Positions 1 through 10,500 of a stretch of 23,295 bases of DNA are shown in pieces (position 1 is the stretch's first letter; each line of letters begins with the position of its first letter). This DNA is from Trichoplax adhaerens (lineage: Eukaryota; Animalia; Placozoa), in contig NW_002060953.1 of the NCBI RefSeq assembly GCF_000150275.1, positions 1,784,782 through 1,808,076 of the forward strand, read 5' to 3'. Position numbers and translations under genes: made by a program. The notes below the pieces were generated by a model that saw nothing but the letters and a program-made list of their open reading frames with translations, ran no database searches and was not told the DNA's origin.

Positions 1-2
1 AA

Positions 3-2197
3 GGAGCATCTACAGCTAAATTAAAAGAGGAGTTAAGTGAATTGCTTAAGGCTATTCGCTTCTGTATCGATATTAGAAAATTACCGGAAAAAGAGTATCT
101 ACAAGCATACATAAAGGCTCTAATGAAGGGCAAGTGTAAGAATGACTTCATTAGAATCATGCTTATCGGACCGGAGAATGTTGGCAAGAGTACGATCCTG
201 AGAATTTTAATTGAAGCAGAACAAATACTTGATTTACCATCAACAGAGGTATTAGATAAACCTGAGAAAGTGCTCAATATTGTCACTTTAAAGCTACAGG
301 ATGGAGCAAAGCAAGATTGCAATAAACTTTATACAAAAAAAATCGATACCACTGTTACACCTGTTAAAGTGAACCAAGCTTATAAAGAAAGCAATCCTGT
401 ATCAGTATTGGGCAAAAGTAGTAGCGACAATGGAAATGATCAATCGGCTCAAGATGCCAAAACCAGAAATGAGATTTCTTCAGACATTGAGGACATTAAG
501 GAGTTAGCTAAAGGGCAACAGAATCAATATCAAAGTCAGGATGAACATCAATACGGAACTTTTTGGGATTTTGGTGGCCAACGTGCGTACCAGCTAACAC
601 AGGAACCCTTCCTTTCTGGTAGCTGTATTTATATTTTAGTCTTTAACATTGCTGAAAGTATAGATAGTAAAGTATTAAAACGAAATAAAGAAAGGACAGG
701 CGATACCTATCTTGAAAGATATAAAGAATGGCTCACATCCATTATTGGCGACAGCGAAGAACGGCCAGAAGTAGAAGTAAAGACTGAACCATATAAATTT
801 CCAGTTGTTATTTTAGTGGCTACCCATGGCGACAAAATTAAATGTGTCAAAGATCGAAAACAAAAATATAACAAATTTCGAAATACTATATTGGAAGCGC
901 TTCCGTCCTATTCAAAAAATATCTGCTCTAGCAATATTATTTTTGACCGCGGCCAAGAAGATAACAATAAAAACAATAAAGAATGTCGTACAAAATTATT
1001 AAATTATATAAAATCTTTTACTGAAGTTTTACCCTTCGAAAGTAGAGAGATTCCAACCAAATACTATTGCATGGTTAATAACCTCCATAGCAAGAGAGAC
1101 AAAGTTAAGAATATTATGACTATAGGCGAAGTCAAGAGATTGGCAATGGATTGTCAGCTTTACGAAGAAAATACAGATTGTAAGAATGTTGATGGCGATC
1201 TAAGAAACATGTTAGAATATTTACACGAAATTGGCGAATTATTATTTTGTCGTGTGAGAACTGAAAAACACATTATTGTTACCGATATACCATGGTTAAT
1301 TAAAAGTTTTCGTAAAGTAGTCAAATTGATAGGTAAGGATAATGTCAGTAACGGCTACCTATTGGCATGCTACAATAAGGCTGAAAAGGAAGGAAAATTA
1401 TTGAAAGGCGTCATTGATATGGCACTGACAAGCAAAGATTTAACTAGCGGTGCATCAGAAGCCTGTGAATTAACTAAAGATGAGAAGGAACATATACTGG
1501 AAATTATGGAGTACTACAACATAATTTGCCCAATTCAAACAGTTGAACAAACTGATAATGCTGTTTATATTGTTCCTTGCTTAGTGACTCCTGGAGCATC
1601 AGGAACTATTGAAACAGAAGACGATATGAAAGAGTCCGAGTTTTTATTCATAAAATGTAATGAAAAGAAATTACCTTTCATATCTGATGGCATATTCTAT
1701 TGCCTTCTAGCGGCTTGCCAAACAGTGTGGAATAATAACGACGTCATAATAAACTATAGATGTGCGCGGTATTATGTGAAGGAAGGCAAGTACTTTATTA
1801 TTGTTAGAGAAGATCTTGTATTAGTTTGCAATATCAATATTACGTATCAAATGATGATAAATGGAAGGTTAGAAAAGAAGAATCTTGTATTAGTTTGCAT
1901 ATCAATATTACGTATCAAATGATGATAAACGGAATAAAAGAAATGTTAGAAAAGAAATCGTAAAACAGAGACCGCAATCACTTATAGTGAAAAAACTTCA
2001 AGAAATTATCAAACGCAGGATGCCTACATTTCTGGAAAATGATTGCTTATTGCATATAAAGTGTTCGAGTAATACCTGTAACCAATATATTGAGCTAAGT
2101 CAAAACGATCAGGATGATAATGTAGAAAAATCATGTAAAAAGTGTAATCGTTCGCCGGATTTGAAATCGTTAGATGACTGGGGAATGATAAAAGAAG
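3..2197 (+). pseudogene. Roco family gene, large ROC-COR-Cys4 exon (5'-incomplete; frameshifted at ~1810-1900, either a real lesion or an assembly error)
   Basis: The frame is open from position 3 (possible phase-1 acceptor AG at 2-3). ROC motifs: G1 GPENVGKS (168-191), G2 Thr in PSTE (243-245), G3 FWDFGGQ (561-581), G4 VATHGD (816-833). COR motifs: LEYLHEIGELL, IVTDIPWL, YIVPCL, DGIFYCLLAAC. After the duplication the protein continues in another frame (1900-2197) through CxxxxC-x18-CxxC and LDDWG to a strong phase-1 donor G|GTAAGT at 2197/2198. Confidence 0.9.
1803..1956 (+). repeat. Imperfect tandem duplication (65-bp copy plus 77-bp copy) inside the COR coding region
   Basis: ATCTTGTATTAGTTTGCA(A)TATCAATATTACGTATCAAATGATGATAAA starts at both 1813 and 1882. 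GTTAGAAAAGAA occurs at 1868 and 1945, with a variant at 1803. Confidence 0.95.
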
Positions 2198-2346
2198 GTA
2201 AGTTACTAAAGTGTTGCCTACGTGACATAGAGATTGATGCATCAATATCATACGGTTTTTTTGTGCTATGATCCGATTTAATATTAATATCGTATCAAGA
2301 AAAACAAAAAAATTGCTCTTTATTTAATAACAAATACTGCAAAATT

Positions 2347-2512
2347 ATAGTCAGAAAGTTGTAGAATATTAGTATGTCTACTGCTTCAAAGTAAACTGGT
2401 GCCACTATATATTAAAATAGCTACGGCGCCTGTAGATTTATTTTGCTAATCAGATACTTCATGAGGCGGAATCATTGAGCAGAGAAGAGTTGTAGCTAAT
2501 TAATGAGCAGTT
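2347..2512 (+). repeat. Roco intron segment homologous to the intron upstream of the TIR pseudo-exon (7550-7260, minus)
   Basis: Manual gapless alignments: 2347-2432 vs revcomp 7465-7550 = 72/86; 2461-2512 vs revcomp 7260-7311 = 43/52. Confidence 0.9.
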
Positions 2513-2832
2513 CTACATTAATAATTTAAATCATTCTATTTCCAAATCGTTCTGATAACTAGCTCGGCACGGTAGTTATTTATTACATTTTAAGAGTTGT
2601 GATGCTCAAACATTTCAATTTACTTTGCAATTTTATTCCATTACTGGGCAGAGATAGTAAATTTTATAGCTATCTAGGAAATAGTACATTAATATCTACA
2701 AATCATATTTATTGCTCTACACTGTACAAAGCCCATATTAGTCTCAGGGACTGAATTGACGTTAACAGACGGAAACAAATTAAATAAATTCTTATAAGCA
2801 GTTTAATTCATTTCTTGGTCATTAAATTATAG

Positions 2833-2889
2833 GTTCGTCGACTTCCAAACGTGATAAAGCTACAATATCAGGAAAGCAATCAGCTACTG
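2833..2889 (+). CDS. Roco gene linker exon (GSSTSKRDKATISGKQSAT), phase 1-1
   Basis: TTATAG| acceptor, 57-bp open S/T/K-rich frame and G|GTAATT donor. The phase is compatible with both neighbouring exons. Confidence 0.7.
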
Positions 2890-3372
2890 GTAATTGATAA
2901 AAGTTGTTTTCATATTGCCGGATTTTTCTAATTAATGATAGCAAAAAGAAGCTACTATCTTATTCTTCTGCAAATTCATTTTAGCATTATCTTTGGGTTT
3001 AAAAGTACAAGAGACCGTATACTTAAAGAACCATAAATTCAGTATTGGTATTTAACTACATTACGTTATTTTCCCCATTATTTAATAGTCATTCTTGTAT
3101 GAGTAGTAAAACACTGGCTGTTGTCTATTTACAATAATACTATAACATATAGTAAGCCTCAGTATCCTAAAGTGAAGAATGAGTGATGTAAAATGGTTTC
3201 GTACCATGCTCAAGTTGAATGGTTTATTAATACAGTATTTGCTTGTAAAGCTTGTAAGATTGCACAGATTAATTATATTATAGACATAATACTGATGGCA
3301 ATACACAGATTTAATTCGATAATAAATTTATATAGAAACTTACTATAATTTTGTTGATGTCTTCAATTGTAG

Positions 3373-3542
3373 AATCGGTAGGCATGAATAAAAAGCACCG
3401 TGACATACTAAGAAAATATAGATCGAAAATTCTTTGCAATGTGAAATCTAGCGTTGAACCGATCACCCGAAAATTTATATTCAAAAAGCATCATTACTGA
3501 AAACCATAAGGAGGAAATATTTGCCGAAAAAACTAATTCCAG
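3373..3542 (+). pseudogene. Roco gene CARD exon A (N-terminal half of CARD), with a +1 C at 3466-3468
   Basis: TTGTAG| acceptor. Reads ESVGMNKKHRDILRKYRSKILCNVKSSVEPIT/ENLYSKSIITENHKEEIFAEKTNSR once one C is removed, then a strong donor AG|GTAAGA. The pattern resembles caspase-2/RAIDD-type CARD helices 1-4. Confidence 0.85.
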
Positions 3543-3741
3543 GTAAGAATGAATGTAATTTATAACGATAATAAAGATTTTGTAATGTTAAATTTTATTC
3601 TAGCAGTTGTCTTTAGAGTAGAACGACAACTATTGATAAATATATATATATGAGTAGCTATCATAATTTAAGAAATTTTCATGTATTTATTCGTTAAATA
3701 AAACTTTTGGTCTCATCTTTTACCTTTCCTTCGTAATACAG

Positions 3742-3862
3742 GCAGTTATCAAAACTACTAGATATTTTACCCGAATGTGGATCCAAAGCATTTAGAGGCT
3801 TCGTTAAAGCTGTTCAAAAATGCAATAAAGATCTAGGAAAACTTTTAGAAGAACATATTTGA
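3742..3862 (+). CDS. Roco gene CARD exon B (C-terminal half of CARD)
   Basis: Pyrimidine tract plus TACAG| acceptor, phase 2. Reads RQLSKLLDILPECGSKAFRGFVKAVQKCNKDLGKLLEEHI*. LLDILPxxGxxAFxxFxxA is the hallmark CARD motif. Confidence 0.88.
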
Positions 3863-3985
3863 CAACTGGTAATCAATTGTTATAGGAAGTTAATTTGTTT
3901 CAAATGATGTAAAAAACTTCAATTATTGAATTATTTCGAAATGCTTTTATAATTATGTAATGTATTACGAACACTATTTCTATAG

Positions 3986-4020
3986 AGGAGACCACAACTA
4001 TCTTGAGTAACTATCCATAA
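3986..4020 (+). CDS. Possible short terminal exon of the Roco gene (EETTTILSNYP*)
   Basis: TTTCTATAG| acceptor, phase 1. It pairs with the G|GTAATC donor at 3868/3869 only if one T is missing at 3858-3860. Speculative. Confidence 0.3.
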
Positions 4021-4839
4021 GTAGGATTAAACTTCCTTAAAGTTCAGAATAATGCTATCGTCAACTTAAAGCCATATGGTTGGCCAACCTTTTTCAGCAG
4101 AAATATGAATATTTTACGTAGTTGGCAAAATTTTAGTTCGATAATTGTAGGCCAGATTAAAAGTAACAGATATAAAAACTGTTATAATTTTCTTAAAGTA
4201 TAAATAGAGTTAAAAGTTCTAGAATTTTGAGTATTACGATGTAAAGTAGAACAGAAGAGCTGCAAAGCATTAATTTTAAAAGCATCGCTAACAGTTAAGA
4301 TTTTACCCCAACAAAAGTAGGTAAAAACTTCGCAAAAGGAATAAGCGTACGTAGAAATAGCATAATATTTTGTAATGAAGGTTAATTTTTTAAATTCTCC
4401 TTCAATTTTTTGTATTGTGATTATTCTAACTTACTTTTTGTATCGTGATAAGTATTCTAGCTTTAAAAAATATGACTTATTGGGTTGAATATAACAGTAG
4501 ATTTTACTTAGTATCTTAGTATATCGTAAACCCTATTGTTATATTCGGGTTAGAATTTATAATAATCAGTAGCATAGTGTCCGTTAAGAATCAGATATTG
4601 TGAGTTTGTAATTCAAGCGATGTATCTAGTTAATAAAATGTATATGTAGTAATTTTAATCATTAATTATGGCAGTAGAAGTCAACTGTATTTTTTAATTG
4701 CATATGTAGAACCCAAACGTTATATGTAGAAATGTACAGTTTCAAGCTAAATTATCTTTATCTTAATTTAGCAGTTTTCGGGAATCTAGGGTATAAATTA
4801 TCTTATCATATGTGTTTGATTGCTAGTTTAATTTGGAGT

Positions 4840-5391
4840 TGTAATGTAACTTAGTATTGCGATTGTAGACTGTTAGCCATGTGTAGTATAATGTACGGTA
4901 GATATTTATTCTAAGAGATGTTTGGTAGCTGTAACTATAGACTGTAGTGGTAGAGACTCTATGCTAGAGTACAGATGACTATATACAGTAAGCTGTTGAG
5001 TTACTAATATGGCTATAGGTAAAAATAGAACTGTAAATCATATATTAGGATATGGTTAATTCATTGTACTTTGGCTGATGTGAATAATGTCTACGTAAGT
5101 ACTGTAGTCGTATCCATATTGGATTAATGATGGTCCGCAGTAGAATAGTCTTACTAAGAATAATTTAACTATGTGTAAAATAAGGTAAAAGGTTGCCATG
5201 CGGATTGTAGCTGCGAATGCTACGAAAAGTATAAAAGCATGCAACTTTAGATTATTCTGTTAGTTCGTTGTAGAAGTCTTTAGTAGTAGTATTCGGCTAG
5301 AGTAGAGCTGTATGTAGTTAATCTTTGTATAAGATTCAATAAAGCCCTTATTTTTCTAAAATTTGGAATTTCGTGATTGGTATATATCACA
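4840..5391 (+). mobile_element. Solo LTR, copy 1 (552 bp)
   Basis: TGTAAT...ATCACA termini (TG..CA, imperfect inverted ends), TATAAAA at 5230, AATAAA at 5338. Flanks GGAGT/GGGGT form a 5-bp TSD with 1 mismatch. Roughly 90% identical by eye to revcomp 16517-17064. No PBS, PPT or internal ORFs adjacent. Confidence 0.85.
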
Positions 5392-6088
5392 GGGGTATAT
5401 AAGTAAGCTAAGTTAACACAATAAAGAAGTTCTTAATCACCTTAGCTTGTGTGCGTCACTGTATCGCTATTCTCAAAGGTTCTATTAGCCAGAAATATAA
5501 CAGTTAGGAACCTATTTTATGAACAGATTTCAAAGGGCTTCAAATTTTCAAACAGCTTGAGCGTGGTTAGCGGCACTAACCACTATGCCTGCACATGAAT
5601 ACTTACCGTTATTGATTTTAGTTCAACCACTTTGCATTAACAGTAAACCTATCCTGATCTGAGAATTAACTGTGCTATAATGGTATAGTAACCGATGAGA
5701 ATACTTTAAAGTATACAAAGAATCCTAGAATAAGATAAAAACTAAAAGACTGTAGTATAGTCTAGAGCTCTAGATATTGACCTAAAACATAAAAATACTA
5801 TTCATTCAAATAGTTTTCGTGATAGGATGGAACTAAGGTTACAGAAATACGATACACTCTATGTTGCCAAAATTAATGTCTTCTACTACTTAAGCAATCA
5901 TCTATCAAATTGGGTATATAATATGTTTGACTCTGCACCCATTAGAGCCTTATCGCTGTCAATATCTTATACTTGAAACATATTCGCTCATCTATAGTCA
6001 TAGCCTAATACGATAACACTTTAAAAAAATTGCACAGTAAAGCTTGATAAGCGCTAAAACAAGTTGTGTTATTGAATTGTTAGTAAAA

Positions 6089-7005
6089 CTATTTCGATGG
6101 CAATACTGGTATTCTAATCATTTTCTTCGTGATGGCCTCGTATAATTCATTTAATTACGTAATTAATTCAGCCGTTCATATTTTTTGGACAAGGATTTTG
6201 ATGTGCATGAATCTGTTTATATAGATATTGAAATCTTTTCCTTTAGATGAGATTAAATGATTCTGAGGTCTTATATCTTCAATAATGACTATAAAGACTG
6301 CTACGATATCCTTGTTATTGTCATTGGCGAGGCTATTTTCCAAAGAGCAATTCTTTGATTCGATATATTTCTTACTCATAAATGGCACCAACACCTACAG
6401 AAGATAATAGTGAAAAAATAATTAATTAACTGTCAGAATGAAACTATTATCCTAAGGTATTAATCTGCTTTTGATTTAGCTTATCATATCAGCTTAAAAT
6501 ATTACCATAATTAGTTTTACTTCTGTGTGACTTGAAATGAATACTATTCAGCTAGTAAATATTACTGCTTTCATTATATCTGCAATTAATGCTATCTCAA
6601 ATTTATGATTAAAGCTATTCCTTATACTTCTGCTTAAGAAAATGTAGCTGAGAATGTAGAGCGTAAAAGCGAACTGAATGAGTAAATATGAAATCGTATT
6701 CTACATATCCTATTTTCGGCCATATAGCCTAATGATAATTATTCGAACAGCATGATAGTGTGCTTAGTCTTTGCGATATTCAGCCGGTTACTTGCAGTTA
6801 TAGCGTAGTAATAAATAGAAATGAACGATAAAAAATAAGCTTTTATACCCTAGATGATCGAATAGCTTTAGTGATTTCCTATAAAAGTTCCATTTCTGCA
6901 ATGCGTCGGTCGTTATCTATCCAACAAGTAATTCTTTTACTTTCCAGAAATTGTTTACCTAAATTACGTCTTTCTAATCAGCCCAGGTATAGCTAAGAAA
7001 CACAT
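6089..7005 (-). pseudogene. TIR-domain (TIR_2-type) pseudogene, exons 7005-6849 and 6394-6089
   Basis: Exon 1 after TTATTAG| (phase 1): DVFLSYTWAD*KDVI*V/KQFLESKRITCWIDNDRRIAEMELL*EITKAIRSSR, donor |GTATAA. Exon 2 after TTCTGTAG| (phase 0): VLVPFMSKKYIESKNCSLENSLANDNNKDIVAV...I*TAELIT*LNELYEAITKK...*. It shows the TIR motifs DVFLSY, CWID, AIxxSxV and SxxYxxSxNCxxE. Five internal stops and one 1-bp deletion. Confidence 0.88.
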
Positions 7006-7259
7006 CTAATAAACAGATAACATCACTTTTACTGAATACTCTCAAGCTAACGAAACATTCATATATCTTAATCTTAGCCTTTATCGAATTCTGCCAGTTT
7101 ACCGTAGCTATACTTTGTTTAATTATTAACTGCAGATACTTGATCATAAGTATTCTATCCAGCTAATAGTATAAGCATTTGATAAAGAGAATGCTAAACA
7201 TTTATTAAAATGAAAAATTGCAACAAAAATATGAGTAAATTATAAGTGAGTTACTCTCA

Positions 7260-7550
7260 AACTGCTCAGTTATTAGCTAAAACTTTTCTCTAATCAAAGA
7301 TTTTGCCTCATTAATTGACTAATGAGCTAAATACTTCTACAGATCTGAAAGCATTCTATTTTGGCAAGTCATCAATCATCTTGTACATATTTAGTTTCAA
7401 TGAGGTTGCTCTTACATTTGCTTTATTCTATATGTAAAAGTATTACTGACCTCTTTTCATATTTCAGGCGCTGTAGATATTTTAACATATAGTAGTACCT
7501 GTTTATTTTAAGGCAGTAAACATGCTAATCTTCAACAACTTTCTGGCTAT
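7260..7550 (-). repeat. Inverted homolog of the Roco intron segment 2347-2512, with extra sequence between the two aligned blocks
   Basis: Two aligned blocks of about 83-84% identity. Weaker similarity extends to ~7640 (vs ~2264). Confidence 0.9.
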
Positions 7551-8550
7551 CATTATAGACTATTTTTTGCTCAATATAAACAATTTCTTTCTTGTTTTTC
7601 TTAATCTTGCTAATGTAATAATTCCAAGTGAGATATAGCATTTGAAGAGGAGTGGAGAATAGTCTTGAACTCAAGTCTGGCTAACAAACTGATACGCTTG
7701 TTTAATGTTTCAGCAATATATGTTCAATAGTATACCGTATGCAGTTATGATTTTAATTGCATTCAAAATCTTATTAAGATAAGAAAATTAAGGTAAAGCC
7801 AGTATTTCTAAAATGATTACTACGAAAATTACGTCTTTTACACGATACTCTCTGAGCCATCAATGTAAACTAGCGCTCATAAGCAGTATCTAATTGCAAT
7901 ATATCATTAACATAGAGCGTTGGATCAAAAGTTCTATAAGAGTGGTGATGCAGTAAAGTGTTAATACACTCTTAAGGTTTTAATTCAAAAATTAACCTTA
8001 GTTACTCATACTTTGTACATCCTACTTAAGCCTATTTCTATATCCTAAGCTATTTGATTTAATTTAGCTTTATTCAATTAAAATAAATTAAGATCTCATT
8101 TGGCCAATTAAAAATCAAATTAAGTAATTAATAAAGACTTATCCTGTTATTATAATTTGTTTTACTTTCTTTGTGTGCTTACTGAAATCATTTCATGACG
8201 CTTCGATCATCTTAAACAGTCGATTTAACTAATATATAGCTTTATTGTAAATGATCATTAAAACGTAACTTAAGTTAGTAATGATATCGCAGCGATAATT
8301 TACAATATCCAAAATCACTAGCGTTGCAATTAGCATCATCATTGCTGGCAGTAGCTAATATCTACTTTTTCTTCTATGATTTATAAGACTAGACACATAT
8401 ACAGCAAGATCTATACAGTCTTCTACGAGTTAACGATATAGATTACTCTGATGTCAAAAACTTCATTTTAATTTGTCTCAAATTTCTTACTCATAAAATA
8501 TATAAATTAAATCAAGCTTGAACAACTACTGTGGGTCAAATAAGCCTTAC

Positions 8551-8586
8551 CAATATCAACGATACTTTTTAGCTTATATTGCACTC
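8551..8586 (-). other. Candidate phase 1-1 linker microexon (GVQYKLKSIVDI)
   Basis: TCAG| acceptor (weak tract), 36-bp open frame, strong donor G|GTAAGG. Confidence 0.3.
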
Positions 8587-8655
8587 CTGATCGTATGTAC
8601 AAAATAGTGAATTTACCGAATATTGCGATTAAATTATCAACAAGCCTCTAAACAC

Positions 8656-8688
8656 CTGACAGTTCGATTGAGTTTTCATGGCGGACAT
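8656..8688 (-). other. Candidate phase 1-1 linker microexon (DVRHENSIELS)
   Basis: TTATTTCAG| acceptor, 33-bp open frame, donor CAG|GTGTTT. Confidence 0.35.
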
Positions 8689-9833
8689 CTGAAATAATCT
8701 TTCTATCTTATATTATTTACACTTTCAGTATAAAGTTCTTAAAGACTTGCAATGAAAGTCTGTTGTATTACAATAAAGCAAAAATATAATAAATTGGTAT
8801 ATTTATACAGCAAATACTGATGAAAGACTTTAGTCAAAGATGATAGTGAGACTCTCCCTCTCCCTTTCATATTATGACACTATGCAACTAACTCACTTTA
8901 TTCTTTAGCTAAAATTCATTTCATATGAGGTAAAGACTTTTACAGTTGTTGAATCGCAAAGATTTTACGACATATATCAGTTTTAAAACAAGTAGAAATG
9001 CAAATTTATCATAATAATAATAAAACTAACCAAATCACCTTGTAATAAAATGAAAAGTCCAGAGATCAAGCCACAGAACTTTAAGAAACTTTGACACCAA
9101 AAAAATTTGGAGAAATAATCGAACAGCAATTTATTACAAACAAAAATGGATAGAAGTATAAACCGAACAACCTAACAAATAGTTAACTTTAAGTATTAAT
9201 AAAATAAGTGACGGACTTATAAACTGTCAACGACCAAACAACCTTTCAAATAGAAGAACATTTTAACATACGACAATTCGATCCCGAAGGCCTTTTAAAT
9301 TTAACAAGTTCTTCAAAACAATCTTCTTCTACTCTCCCTCTAAATTTTTCGAATTGCACTATCATTCATAAGCTTCGTAGAGCCGTCTGAGGTATTTAAA
9401 ACTAAACATTCGCTAACTAATCGCTCTTCAGATCCGTTGTAGAAAGCTACTTTGCACCATTTAAGAAAACAAAAATCATTCAAAGTTCAGACACAATTTA
9501 CCCTACGATTCCCTTACAAAATACTATAAAACCAACAAGTTAACTATAAAATAAATCAAACTTCACTTGTAGCATAATTTCTATCATTAATACATTATAA
9601 AAGTCTAAAAATTAACCTTTAAACATCAAAATTTAGTCATAAAAATAACAGTCTACTACTTAACAATCAACACAACCTCTGCCAATTTCCATCTTCTTTT
9701 CTATTTTCCTAATTAAAGTTTCCGAATGTGACTTTCATGTCACGTTATAAAATTCTAAAGTTTCAAATTTATAAGAAAAAGTTGAAATTTCATAAATCAA
9801 CTCTGACGATATTTTTCATAAACTAAAATCCAA

Positions 9834-9893
9834 AAATTAAATCAGGAAAATTATGCCGGACATAAATTAATACAGGAAAATTATATCGGACAT
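9834..9893. repeat. 30-bp tandem repeat, 2 copies
   Basis: AAATTAAATCAGGAAAATTATGCCGGACAT / AAATTAATACAGGAAAATTATATCGGACAT. Confidence 0.85.
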
Positions 9894-10452
9894 TAATCCG
9901 ACCGGTTGCGGAATCTGAATCCGAAAAATTCGGATTTTATAAAGATCACAGTAATCGCTATATCGTTTATCAAAAAATTTCATATGACTATTACGACTAC
10001 TTTTTTGACATTAGTATCGCTGAGTATTGCCAGTCGATGTTTTGGCGTCAGATTGTACGGTAACTGTACGATTATAGACTACATTACAGTACTTTACTGT
10101 CATGTCATAAGTCCCCTTTCTCTAAGGATAGAGTTTTGTTACCAGGTCAAATTCATTTAGAATTTGAATAGACGATCAAACGCCCTTTCTTTAGATTAGG
10201 CCTTCGCTCTAGGGCTACTTCTATAGTAATTTATAATTGCTATAATACCTTGTAAAATAATGAAGAAGAAAAGATGGCGACATGATGATTTGGAAGGGTA
10301 AAACTTAAAGACACTATCACTTTCTAGGTATTTTCTATGGAAAAATAATACTAGTTACATACTAAAAGCTATAAAGGACTCTACTTTTAGTCCTTTGCTA
10401 CAACTCTATTTGTTCACGATGGAATTCCTTTACTCTTGCAAAATGGTCATAC

Positions 10453-10500
10453 CAATGTACACTATACAATTTTCTTCTATTTTTTGTCCAGCGATAGTGC
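10453..10500 (-). other. Candidate phase 1-1 linker microexon (GTIAGQKIEENCIVYI)
   Basis: CGCAG| acceptor, 48-bp open frame, donor G|GTATGA. Its ending IVYI-g resembles the IVDI-g ending of the 8586-8551 candidate. Confidence 0.3.

Noticed and set aside
42-1922. 626-aa ORF as a complete prokaryote-style gene with a TTG start
   Set aside because: The frame is open upstream to the window edge, the locus is spliced, and the last ~35 residues are out-of-frame products of the duplication.
1803-1968. Intron that would excise the duplication and restore the frame
   Set aside because: A GT..AG pair exists in the right phase, but the donor (GTTAGA) is weak, the acceptor lacks a pyrimidine tract, and splicing would delete ancestral COR sequence.
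5555-5590. tRNA/SINE-like A-box and hairpin GTGGTTAG-CGGCA-CTAACCAC
   Set aside because: No B-box, cloverleaf or second copy; an isolated 8-bp stem only.
9380-9440. Group II intron domain V-like GAGCCGTCTGA...TCAGATCCGTT
   Set aside because: The spacer is far too long for domain V, and no domain VI or RT ORF is evident.
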